Virus record (IMG/VR): IMGVR_UViG_2874933748_000003
Length of the DNA: 22,597 nucleotides
Strand: one strand, 5' to 3'
DNA from: a virus
Taxonomy: Duplodnaviria; Heunggongvirae; Uroviricota; Caudoviricetes
The position numbers were made by a program, and so were the translations under genes. The notes beneath the pieces are model-generated. The model was not told the DNA's origin. It saw only the letters and a program-made list of their open reading frames with translations, and did not search any database. This document shows positions 10,205 to 18,260 of this stretch, piece after piece (the first letter of the stretch is position 1; each line of letters opens with the position of its first letter).

Positions 10205-10845
10205 TTGTCGGTGTACCTCTCTCGTTTGCTCAGTTGTTCAGGAATATGGTGCAGCAGCCCGCCGTCACCGCAGTAAATGGCGGCATGATTCGGCACCGAT
10301 GAACCAAAACAGCACAGCAGCACATCGCCCGGCTGTGCCTCTGTCAGTGCGACACGGTAAAAACCCGTCACCTCCATATTGTCAAGATAGAGATTCTGAC
10401 CGTTACGCCACCAGTCATCCCCGCGATGAAAATCCGGCATCTCAATCCCTGCCAGATGATAAGCATCCCGGAACAGCGTGTAACAGTCCGTCACCCCGTG
10501 CTCAAAGCGCCGCCCGGTGAGATGCGGCACACAGCGGAACTTGTGAATCGCCCCCCGGCAGACCAGCCACCACGGCAAATCACTCTGCACCTGCAGCCGC
10601 CGGTCAGCCTCACTCAGCCAGGGCAGACCACCGGGATGACTGTGGACCAGCGCCACAATCTCACCCTGCATTTGTGCCCGCAGCCAGTCCTCCGGAGCCA
10701 TCCGGAACCGTTCCTCCGGCTCACCGGAGATATTCTCGCTGGGAAGATACCTGTCTCCCTCCGGCGTTCTTACCACGAAGCCACACGACTCCGCTGGCGC
10801 ACATCGCCGGGCGTGCGCCAGAATCGCTGATTCTGTCTGTGTCAT
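10102..10845 (-). CDS. K: Tail assembly protein K (MPN/JAB plus NlpC/P60-like)
   Basis: Internal ATG at 10845 gives MTQTESAILAHARRCAPAESCGFVV...; HSHPGG motif present; the track ORF 10102-11109 is an upstream read-through. An alternative shorter start at MAPEDWL is possible. Confidence 0.85.
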   Translation of the reverse strand: MTQTESAILAHARRCAPAESCGFVVRTPEGDRYLPSENISGEPEERFRMAPEDWLRAQMQGEIVALVHSHPGGLPWLSEADRRLQVQSDLPWWLVCRGAIHKFRCVPHLTGRRFEHGVTDCYTLFRDAYHLAGIEMPDFHRGDDWWRNGQNLYLDNMEVTGFYRVALTEAQPGDVLLCCFGSSVPNHAAIYCGDGGLLHHIPEQLSKRERYTDKWQRRTHSLWRHRAWRASAFTGIYNDLVAASTFV

Positions 10846-10849
10846 GGAT

Positions 10850-11548
10850 TTACTGAGAAAGTTTATTGATGGAAAGGAAACCGCCGAAATTACCGGTATT
10901 GTTGCGCAACTCACACCCGCGCATACACTTGCTGCATTTGTCCTTCCGGATATCCGTCGTTGGTTTGTCGAACTCGTCAGCCACTGCCCTGCCCGTGTAA
11001 CCACACTCATCAGAACGGTAAGTCCACATACAGGTATTCGCCAGCATGATACGCCCCGGGAAAACCGCGCCATCCGTCTCCGTTGGTGTGGCCAGCACAA
11101 AAGAGGCACTGACCGCGCTCAGTTCGCTGCACTGCTCGATGCGCCAGCGGCTGATCACCTCCTGTTCCGGATCGGCGTCGCTGTTTCCGTTGACGAAGTT
11201 CACCGCATCCAGAAAACGGGCGTAAACCTTACGCCTGACCACCGTTCCGCCGACCAGACTCTGCAGGTCTTCCGCCATCCCGGTGACCATTCCGTGCAGG
11301 TTAGAAACCGTCAGTGTCGGACGGGCAGCACTGCCCTTGCCGTTCAGTTCAAATCCCGTCCCCTGAATGGGGTATGCCTGATACTGCCGCCCCTGCCAGG
11401 TAACCGGCTCACCTTTTTCGTTCTGCTCATTACAGAAAAAATAACGTTCACCACCGACCTCTGTCAGATCGATTTCCCAGAGCACCACCTGGGCTGACTG
11501 AGTGAGGCGTGTCGTCTCATGATGTGTTTCCTGTGGAATATCCTGCAT
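10850..11548 (-). CDS. L: Minor tail protein L
   Basis: 232-aa ORF MQDIPQETHHETTRLTQSAQVVLWEIDLTEVGGERYFFCNEQNEKGEPVTWQGRQYQ matches lambda L. Confidence 0.92.
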   Translation of the reverse strand: MQDIPQETHHETTRLTQSAQVVLWEIDLTEVGGERYFFCNEQNEKGEPVTWQGRQYQAYPIQGTGFELNGKGSAARPTLTVSNLHGMVTGMAEDLQSLVGGTVVRRKVYARFLDAVNFVNGNSDADPEQEVISRWRIEQCSELSAVSASFVLATPTETDGAVFPGRIMLANTCMWTYRSDECGYTGRAVADEFDKPTTDIRKDKCSKCMRGCELRNNTGNFGGFLSINKLSQ

Positions 11549-11557
11549 CAGAGCCTC

Positions 11558-11887
11558 CTATGCCACGACCTGTTCAAAATCTGCCGTTATGGTTACCCAC
11601 AACGCCCCCACGCTTGCCGACCATTTACGACAAACCACCCTGATCGGCTTCCAGTCATAAGGTGGCGTCCACTGAAATGCGCGGACGCCACCGTGCCGTT
11701 CCAGAAAGGCTTTTAAAAATGGGTGTTCACCTTTACGAACACGTATCTTCACGCTGTAAGTCGACAACTGGTTATTCAGTCCCGCCGCACGACGCTGTTC
11801 ATAACCATCGCCCAGCTTCACTGTCACCACTTTCGGCTCTGATACCACATTCATATCCGGGCGCACTTTCCAGTGAAACGTCTCCAT
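11558..11887 (-). CDS. M: Minor tail protein M
   Basis: 109-aa ORF METFHWKVRPDMNV...WTPPYDWKPIRV...EFEQVVA resembles lambda M. Confidence 0.9.
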   Translation of the reverse strand: METFHWKVRPDMNVVSEPKVVTVKLGDGYEQRRAAGLNNQLSTYSVKIRVRKGEHPFLKAFLERHGGVRAFQWTPPYDWKPIRVVCRKWSASVGALWVTITADFEQVVA

Positions 11888-12226
11888 TACCGGTATGCTC
11901 CACTTAACCGGCCACCATCACGGGCCTGCTGTTGCATAAAGTCCGCGGCCGCTTTTTTCCCGAGGTCATAAACCACCTTCAGGGCAGCCGGACCTATCTG
12001 CCCGTTCGTGCCATCGTTATTGATCTCAATGTTGTACTGCGGGGCAAACATCACCATGCCTGAACCACCAGTATCCGCCACACCCCCCAGCTTACCATCA
12101 GCACCGCGACGCAGTGGCAGAATGGCTTCAGGTCCCGCTTCCCCCATCACACCCGCGCCTTTTGCAAAAGCAAAAAACGTCGGACGGTTAACCACCGTGC
12201 CACTGTAGCGACTCAAATCAGCAGAC
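11887..12226 (-). pseudogene. H: Tail tape measure protein H, C-terminal ~113 codons only, truncated by IS600 copy C
   Basis: ...FAPQYNIEINNDGTNGQIGPAALKVVYDLGKK...RDGGRLSGAYR matches the C-terminus of lambda H; upstream part of the track ORF (MSVKLRLPQ) is IS600 terminal sequence. Confidence 0.85.
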
Positions 12227-12705
12227 TGAGGTAGCCTGAGTTTAACGGACACTCCTTCCTGAAATAGAATGGCATCAGAAGGAGCTAATAATGAGCAGAA
12301 AAACCCAACGTTACTCTAAAGAGTTCAAAGCCGAAGCTGTCAGAACGGTTCCTGAAAATCAACTTTCGATCAGTGAAGGCGCTTCCCGATTATCTCTTCC
12401 TGAAGGCACTTTAGGACAATGGGTTACCGCCGCCAGAAAAGGGCTCGGTACTCCTGGTTCCCGCACGGTGGCTGAACTGGAATCTGAAATTCTGCAACTG
12501 CGTAAGGCGTTAAATGAAGCTCGCCTTGAGCGAGATATATTAAAAAAAGCAACAGCGTATTTTGCACAGGAGTCGCTGAAAAATACGCGTTAATCGAACA
12601 ATGGCGACAACAATTTCCCATTGAAGCGATGTGTCAGGTATTTGGTGTATCCAGGAGCGGTTATTACAACTGGGTACAGCATGAACCCTCAGACAGAAAA
12701 CAAAG
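12227..12705 (+). mobile_element. IS600 copy C, left ~480 bp only (IRL, orfA, start of orfB)
   Basis: TGAGGTAGCCTGAG at 12227; sequence runs to CAAAGTGA inside orfB, then the left end of copy D begins. Confidence 0.85.
12291..12593 (+). CDS. IS600 OrfA, canonical 100-aa form with the A7 slippery tract
   Basis: Ends ...RDILKKATAYFAQESLKNTR; 7-A and 5-A tracts; reading the minus-one frame from the A7 tract gives the OrfB N-terminus. Confidence 0.85.
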   Translation: MSRKTQRYSKEFKAEAVRTVPENQLSISEGASRLSLPEGTLGQWVTAARKGLGTPGSRTVAELESEILQLRKALNEARLERDILKKATAYFAQESLKNTR

Positions 12706-12769
12706 TGAGGTAGCCTGAGTTTAACGGACACTCCTTCCTGAAATAGAATGGCATCAGAAGGAGCTAATA

Positions 12770-13057
12770 ATGAGCAGAAAAACCCAACGTTACTCTAAAG
12801 AGTTCAAAGCCGAAGCTGTCAGAACGGTTCTTGAAAATCAACTTTCGATCAGTGAAGGCGCTTCCCGATTATCTCTTCCTGAAGGCACTTTAGGACAATG
12901 GGTTACCGCCGCCAGAAAAGGGCTCGGTACTCCTGGTTCCCGCACGGTGGCTGAACTGGAATCTGAAATTCTGCAACTGCGTAAGGCGTTAAATGAAGCT
13001 CGCCTTGAGCGAGATATATTAAAAAAGCAACAGCGTATTTTGCACAGGAGTCGCTGA
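12770..13057 (+). pseudogene. IS600 orfA with altered C-terminus (6-A tract)
   Basis: 95-aa ORF ending ...RDILKKQQRILHRSR; A-tract is one base shorter than in copy C. Confidence 0.7.
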
Positions 13058-13108
13058 AAAATACGCGTTAATCGAACAATGGCGACAACAATTTCCCATT
13101 GAAGCGAT

Positions 13109-13923
13109 GTGTCAGGTATTTGGTGTATCCGGGGCGGTTATTACAACTGGGTACAGCATGAACCCTCAGACAGAAAACAAAGTGATGAGCGGCTAAAACT
13201 GGAGATTAAGGTGGCACATATCCGCACTCGCGAAACATATGGAACCCGGCGGCTCCAGACGGAGCTGGCAGAGAATGGCATCATCGTTGGTCGTGACCGA
13301 CTGGCACGTCTTCGTAAGGAGCTAAGGCTACGCTGTAAGCAGAAACGCAAGTTCAGAGCGACTACGAACTCGAACCACAATCTGCCAGTTGCGCCAAATC
13401 TGCTGAACCAGACGTTCGCTCCTACAGCACCAAATCAGGTCTGGGTGGCGGACCTGACGTATGTTGCCACACAGGAGGGATGGTTGTACCTCGCTGGCAT
13501 CAAAGATGTTTATACGTGCGAAATTGTCGGCTACGCCATGGGAGAGCGCATGACAAAGAGCTGACAGGTAAAGCCCTGTTTATGGCGCTCAGGAGCCAGC
13601 GCCCACCTGCCGGGCTAATCCACCACTCTGATCGAGGTTCACAGTACTGCGCATACGATTACCGGGTCATACAGGAGCAGTCTGGTCTGAAAACATCAAT
13701 GTCGCGTAAAGGTAACTGTTACGACAACGCTCCGATGGAAAGCTTCTGGGGAACGCTGAAAAATGAGAGCCTGAGCCACTATCGTTTTAATAACCGGGAT
13801 GAAGCCATCTCAGTAATACGGGAATACATTGAGATTTTCTACAATCGTCAGCGTCGTCACTCTCGTCTGGGGAATATCTCCCCGGCAGCCTTCAGGGAAA
13901 AATATCATCAGATGGCTGCTTAA
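13109..13923 (+). pseudogene. IS600 orfB, frameshifted (ORFs 13109-13564 and 13480-13923)
   Basis: GACAAAGAGCTGAC has 3 A where the intact copy B has 4. Confidence 0.75.
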
Positions 13924-14016
13924 AAAAAGAACAAATGGTAGTGTCCGCTATTGCCAGTACACCTCACACTCTATCCAACAAACCACCCACAGTTAATCGG
14001 AATAAAAGCAGAGTGC

Positions 14017-14089
14017 TTATGAATGATCGCACGCCCGAAGGTTAGTATTTCTGCACAGCAATTTTGCAAAAAAAGGCGATCATTCATAA
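14017..14089. repeat. Perfect 14-bp inverted repeat TTATGAATGATCGC / GCGATCATTCATAA with a 45-bp spacer
   Basis: Arms at 14017-14030 and 14076-14089, in the 180-bp stub between the tRNA cluster and IS600 copy D. Confidence 0.6.
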
Positions 14090-14148
14090 CTTAAACGTCT
14101 TTCAGTCACTCCGGGATTTCCCATCATCGCAGACTGAAAGACTCTGAC

Positions 14149-14223
<75 letters not shown>

Positions 14224-14226
14224 ATA

Positions 14227-14302
<76 letters not shown>

Positions 14303-14304
14303 GC

Positions 14305-14381
14305 TGGCCCACCACCGAGGACTCGAACCTCGCACCGTCAACTTAGAAGGTTGATGCTCTATCCGGATGAGCTAGTGGTGG
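14305..14381 (-). tRNA. tRNA-Arg (anticodon UCU), with an unusual C1-G72 start to the acceptor stem
   Basis: Reverse complement CCACCACTAGCTCATCCGGATAGAGCATCAACCTTCTAAGTTGACGGTGCGAGGTTCGAGTCCTCGGTGGTGGGCCA; anticodon stem TCAAC/GTTGA, loop CTTCTAA. Confidence 0.8.
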
Positions 14382-14382
14382 T

Positions 14383-14459
14383 TGGTGGCCCTTGCTGGAC
14401 TTGAACCAGCGACCTGGCGATTATGAGTCGCTCGCTCTGACCAACTGAGCTAAAGGGCC
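14383..14459 (-). tRNA. tRNA with anticodon CAU, probably Ile2 (lysidine) type rather than elongator Met
   Basis: Reverse complement GGCCCTTTAGCTCAGTTGGTCAGAGCGAGCGACTCATAATCGCCAGGTCGCTGGTTCAAGTCCAGCAAGGGCCACCA; anticodon arm GCGACTCATAATCGC resembles E. coli ileX-type tRNAs as I recall them. Confidence 0.8.
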
Positions 14460-14546
14460 GGAGGCAGAATAATAACCATATGTCATCACATCTGCAAACT
14501 CATCTGACCACCAGCACGTTTAACGTCCTGTGCCGTTTTTCAGGTA

Positions 14547-14570
14547 TAAAAAAACCCGCATAAAGCGGGC
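14547..14570 (-). terminator. Strong intrinsic terminator between the Q-like gene and the tRNA cluster (candidate tR-prime)
   Basis: Minus strand reads GCCCGC-TTTAT-GCGGG followed by TTTTTTTATACC, about 80 nt downstream of the Q stop codon. Confidence 0.65.
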
Positions 14571-14648
14571 TCTTTCAAATGTCCATGTCTGCTATTCGCC
14601 TCGCGGTACAGCTTTGCGAAGCGTACAAGAATTGAAGCAGTTTTTACG

Positions 14649-15203
14649 TCAAAAAGCAATAACTTTTTTCTCTATACCAAAAGCCATAACCATTGGTTTG
14701 TACAAAATAAATTCTGCCACCTTTAGCCAATGCTCAATGCGTCTTTCACAGGTTCTTAAACTCCATTTCGGGTGTGCATCATTCAGCAGTTCAGCCATTT
14801 TGCGTTTGGTCATCCCCCGCCCCTCATACCGTTGCCGAAGGACGCTAATCAATCCTGGATGCTCTGCCAGCACCTCACTTATGACCCGATCAATACATAA
14901 CGCCTCTGCATCAGTACAATGCGCCAGCCAGCTCTTTTGCTTACCGTTAATCATATCCCGCAAAAAAGCCTCAAGTTCAGACTTGTTCAGACCTGCTTTT
15001 TTCATCCTCCGGAGCGCCTCGTTAATTGCCGTTTTTGTCAGCTTTTTAGAGGTCAACATCAGGTTAAACATATTCCCCGTCTTACCGCCACCAATATACG
15101 ACCAGCGCCCCCACATACGTAGTTTTCCCTGAATCCAGACACTTTCCAGCGTGGTGAGACGAAGGTGTTCTCCGCTTTTTCCTGTATTCGTTGGGTAAAT
15201 CAT
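14649..15203 (-). CDS. Late-gene antiterminator Q-like protein (QuuD/phage-82 type)
   Basis: ATG at 15203 preceded by AAGGAGGG; W-G-x-W motif near the N-terminus (LRMWGRWSY); position just upstream of a terminator and tRNAs; start overlaps the stop of the upstream gene (ATGA). Confidence 0.6.
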   Translation of the reverse strand: MIYPTNTGKSGEHLRLTTLESVWIQGKLRMWGRWSYIGGGKTGNMFNLMLTSKKLTKTAINEALRRMKKAGLNKSELEAFLRDMINGKQKSWLAHCTDAEALCIDRVISEVLAEHPGLISVLRQRYEGRGMTKRKMAELLNDAHPKWSLRTCERRIEHWLKVAEFILYKPMVMAFGIEKKVIAF

Positions 15204-15490
15204 AAATATCCCTCCTTTCTCCAGATTTCTTGTGTGCGAAAAACACCTTCTGCATGCATCAGGCGTAATTCTTCTTTGGTGTAATCGCTGGTTTTTACCC
15301 GCCCGTCGATTAAATCGTGGCACGAGCTACAGGCAATCGCTGCCTGCATATCGTGTGGCTTTATCGCTGTTCCGCACGTTCCCGCCAGTCGGTAATGCGC
15401 CAGCACAGACGTTTCCGGATCGTGATTGCAGTAGCCAGGAATTCTGACGGTGCACATCTGCCCCCGCGCCGCTTTACGTAAATCCACCAT
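15200..15490 (-). CDS. YbcO-like small Cys/His-rich protein (DUF1364-type) of the nin region
   Basis: 96-aa ORF with Cys/His cluster (CTVRIPGYCNHD ... CSSCHDL); translationally coupled to flanking genes (TAATG upstream, ATGA downstream). Confidence 0.5.
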   Translation of the reverse strand: MVDLRKAARGQMCTVRIPGYCNHDPETSVLAHYRLAGTCGTAIKPHDMQAAIACSSCHDLIDGRVKTSDYTKEELRLMHAEGVFRTQEIWRKEGYL

Positions 15491-16089
15491 TACGCAAACT
15501 CCAGCAGCTGCGCGGCCACATTTTCGACTTGTTCCGGAGAGGAAAATTTACGGAACAGAATCCAGTTCCACAGCACATTCAGAACAGATTTATAAACCTG
15601 CTGAAACTCGGTTTCGTCCATATTCGCAAAAGCGATGGATTTTGCCCGACGCCCGCGGCTACCGTCCGGATAAAAATGTTCGGTGTAAAATCCAGCCTGA
15701 ATGGTTACCCACTCGCGAAAAGCCTCAAACGACTTTAGCAATGCCGTATCCCGGGTTCTGCGTGTCGCAACTGTATTCAGATATTGCTCTGCGGCTTCGC
15801 TCAGAGCTGGCGTATGTTCCCGACCTACTGATTCGCACAGGTAATCAACGAAACCAGACAGCAGTTCTCGTTCGCGAGGCGTGATCGCCCCACCGACCGG
15901 AGTCCAGTAATCGAATCCCAGTTGCAGGAGTTTGAAAAAACGCTTGTGGAATGCGTAGTTACGCACACGCTTAAAGTCTGCGTGTATCCACTCACCTGTT
16001 TTGATTTGATGCAGAAAATCGCAACTCTCCGGCGTCGCCGGGAGAAGTAATCCGGAAGAGGTTTGTTTGATCAGTTGTATATGCGCCAT
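15490..16089 (-). CDS. nin-region protein of unknown function (possibly DUF1367-like)
   Basis: 199-aa ORF, same strand and tightly coupled to the downstream YbcO-like gene; family assignment is from memory only. Confidence 0.45.
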   Translation of the reverse strand: MAHIQLIKQTSSGLLLPATPESCDFLHQIKTGEWIHADFKRVRNYAFHKRFFKLLQLGFDYWTPVGGAITPRERELLSGFVDYLCESVGREHTPALSEAAEQYLNTVATRRTRDTALLKSFEAFREWVTIQAGFYTEHFYPDGSRGRRAKSIAFANMDETEFQQVYKSVLNVLWNWILFRKFSSPEQVENVAAQLLEFA

Positions 16090-16160
16090 CGTAGTTCTCC
16101 GCTGGCGCAGTAGAATGGGTGTTCAGCCCGTTATGTAGTATACCAGAATTAATGCCAATA

Positions 16161-16373
16161 CTAACAGGATGCTCTGACTCGCAATTCATCCAGCAGTTTA
16201 TCATTTCCCATAATGTCACTTACCCTCATCGGTAAAAAAATTGCCTTTCGACCATTACGATACATCATTGATTTTTTGGTTTCAGGGAAGTAATCCATTT
16301 CGACTATAACTGACAGGTCATCACGACGTATGACTGCGTATTTACTACTAAATAGTTTCTTTATTTTTTCCAC
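16161..16373 (-). CDS. Hypothetical 70-aa protein in an AT-rich stub
   Basis: GTG start at 16373 with CTGGAGG 4 nt upstream; no recognised family. Confidence 0.3.
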   Translation of the reverse strand: MEKIKKLFSSKYAVIRRDDLSVIVEMDYFPETKKSMMYRNGRKAIFLPMRVSDIMGNDKLLDELRVRASC

Positions 16374-16479
16374 GATGCCTCCAGGTTTATAAGTACAAAC
16401 GGTTATATCAACATAGAGACAAAAGGTGATGCTGCCAACTTACTGATTTAGTGTATGATCGTGTTTTTGAGGTGCTCCA

Positions 16480-16755
16480 GTGGCTTCTGTTTCTATCAGC
16501 TGTCCCTCCTGTTCAGCTACTGACGGGGTGGTGCGTAACGGCAAAAGCACTGCCGGACATCAGCGCTATCTCTGCTCTCACTGCCGTAAAACATGGCAAC
16601 TGCAGTTCACTTACACCGCTTCCCAACCCGGTACGCACCAGAAAATCATTGATATGGCCATGAATGGCGTTGGATGCCGGGCAACTGCACGCATTATGGG
16701 CGTTGGCCTCAACACGATTTTACGTCACTTAAAAAACTCAGGCCGCAGTCGGTAA
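16480..16755 (+). CDS. insA: IS1 InsA
   Basis: 91-aa [46 protein letters not shown]. Confidence 0.9.
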
Positions 16756-17177
16756 CCTCGCGCATACAGCCGGGCAGTGACGTCATCGTCTGCGCGGAAA
16801 TGGACGAACAGTGGGGCTATGTCGGGGCTAAATCGCGCCAGCGCTGGCTGTTTTACGCGTATGACAGTCTCCGGAAGACGGTTGTTGCGCACGTATTCGG
16901 TGAACGCACTATGGCGACGCTGGGGCGTCTTATGAGCCTGCTGTCACCCTTTGACGTGGTGATATGGATGACGGATGGCTGGCCGCTGTATGAATCCCGC
17001 CTGAAGGGAAAGCTGCACGTAATCAGCAAGCGATATACGCAGCGAATTGAGCGGCATAACCTGAATCTGAGGCAGCACCTGGCACGGCTGGGACGGAAGT
17101 CGCTGTCGTTCTCAAAATCGGTGGAGCTGCATGACAAAGTCATCGGGCATTATCTGAACATAAAACACTATCAATAA
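16674..17177 (+). CDS. insB: IS1 InsB frame (expressed as the InsAB-prime fusion by frameshifting)
   Basis: 167-aa ORF overlapping insA in the minus-one frame. Confidence 0.9.
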
Positions 17178-17284
17178 GTTGGAGTCATTACCAAAAAAAC
17201 CGCCGAAACGGGTTAAGTGCGGGTGCGTTGAGGATGCCTGACACATCAAAGGTGGCGGGAGATTACTCTCCCGCCTGGTCACTC

Positions 17285-17440
17285 TTACTCTCTAGATTCG
17301 TAGTCTACGAAAACAGCGACCTCCGTCTGGCCGATTCGGATTCGTACCTCGCAGAGGTCTTTCCTCGTTACCAGTGCCGTCACAATGACGGTTAAACAGA
17401 TGACGATCAGGGCGATTAACATCGCCTTTTGCTGCTTCAT
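17285..17440 (-). CDS. hok: Hok/Gef family membrane toxin (HokD/RelF-like)
   Basis: MKQQKAMLIALIVICLTVIVTALVTRKDLCEVRIRIGQTEVAVFVDYESRE; ATG at 17440 preceded by AAGGAG; a GGCGGGA/TCCCGCC stem-loop lies just 3-prime of the stop. Confidence 0.85.
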   Translation of the reverse strand: MKQQKAMLIALIVICLTVIVTALVTRKDLCEVRIRIGQTEVAVFVDYESRE

Positions 17441-17783
17441 AGCCTGCTTCTCCTTGCCTTTCGGCACGTAAGAGGCTAACCTACATTTGTGAGACATAGA
17501 TTGGGCCTCAGATTAATGTTAAGCGTCTTGCAGGACGCGTAATGTTAACTGGGGCTTTTCTCTGTCTGCCTTACAGTGACATACCCGAGGCAGACAGCCT
17601 CAAGCACCCGCAGCAATCTTACCGACACCGATAAGAAAACGCTATTTTTTATTGCCAGCACCATCTATCCAGGCTAGTTTATCTGCGTCAGAACGGCGCA
17701 ATGCGCTCGCCTGAGATACGTTTACTTGCCATGGTAACAACAGGTAACGGCAATTGCTGTTTCTGTTTTGTTTCCTTCAAAAA

Positions 17784-17817
17784 CCCCGGACCATCAATCC
17801 GGGGTTTTTGTTTGTTA
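17784..17817. terminator. Bidirectional intrinsic terminator
   Basis: CCCCGGA-CCATCAA-TCCGGGG flanked by an A-run and TTTTTGTTTGTT; lies 3-prime of the DUF551 gene on the minus strand. Confidence 0.6.
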
Positions 17818-17894
17818 ACCCCAACGGCAAATCGAATACACCACCAGCGCCACCGCCATCGCAATTCCTACCGTGGTGAATGCCTCAGGCCAGG

Positions 17895-18260
17895 TCATTG
17901 ATTCACCTCCTGCGGTGGTTCCGGTAGCGGCATCCAGTGAGTTGAGCTCTCTACTTCAACGCCGTCTTTGTCCACAAAAGCCATCTTATTCCCGCCACGA
18001 GTGGGGCAAAAAACCTTATCCCAGGAACCGGGGAATACATTCCCGAGATCATCGAGAAGAATCACATCGCAATATTCAGCAGGAACTGCATCACTACAGC
18101 TTATCCAGCCAGCCGGAGCTACCGGAGAGTTGCCAGCCTTACGCATGGCCATTTCCACGATTTCAACCATATCTCCTGGTGGAATTTTACAAAGTTGCCC
18201 AATACATTTCTGCTGCCTGGCATATTCGAGAATGTGCTCCAGTTTGGTTCGATTAATCAT
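17895..18260 (-). CDS. DUF551-like phage protein
   Basis: 121-aa ORF with C-terminal ...FCPTRGGNKMAFVDKDGVEVESSTHWMPLPEPP motif typical of DUF551; start overlaps the stop of the upstream gene. Confidence 0.55.
   Translation of the reverse strand: MINRTKLEHILEYARQQKCIGQLCKIPPGDMVEIVEMAMRKAGNSPVAPAGWISCSDAVPAEYCDVILLDDLGNVFPGSWDKVFCPTRGGNKMAFVDKDGVEVESSTHWMPLPEPPQEVNQ

Larger units (their letters stand above)
12706..13966 (+). mobile_element. IS600 copy D, full length, left end abutting the interior of copy C
   Basis: TGAGGTAGCCTGAG at 12706 and CAGTACACCTCA ending at 13966; no matching 3-bp flanks. Confidence 0.9.
16425..17192 (+). mobile_element. IS1 copy 1 (768 bp), no target-site duplication
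   Basis: Ends GGTGATGCTGCCAACTTACTGAT ... AAGTTGGAGTCATTACC; flanks ...AGAGACAAAA and AAAAAAACCGCC... share no 8-10 bp repeat. Confidence 0.95.

Noticed and set aside
10844-11497. 217-aa plus-strand ORF
   Set aside because: Antisense to minor tail gene L; no ribosome-binding site and an implausible composition.
14530-15132. 200-aa plus-strand ORF
   Set aside because: Antisense to the Q-like gene and overlaps the terminator and tRNA leader; a shadow ORF.
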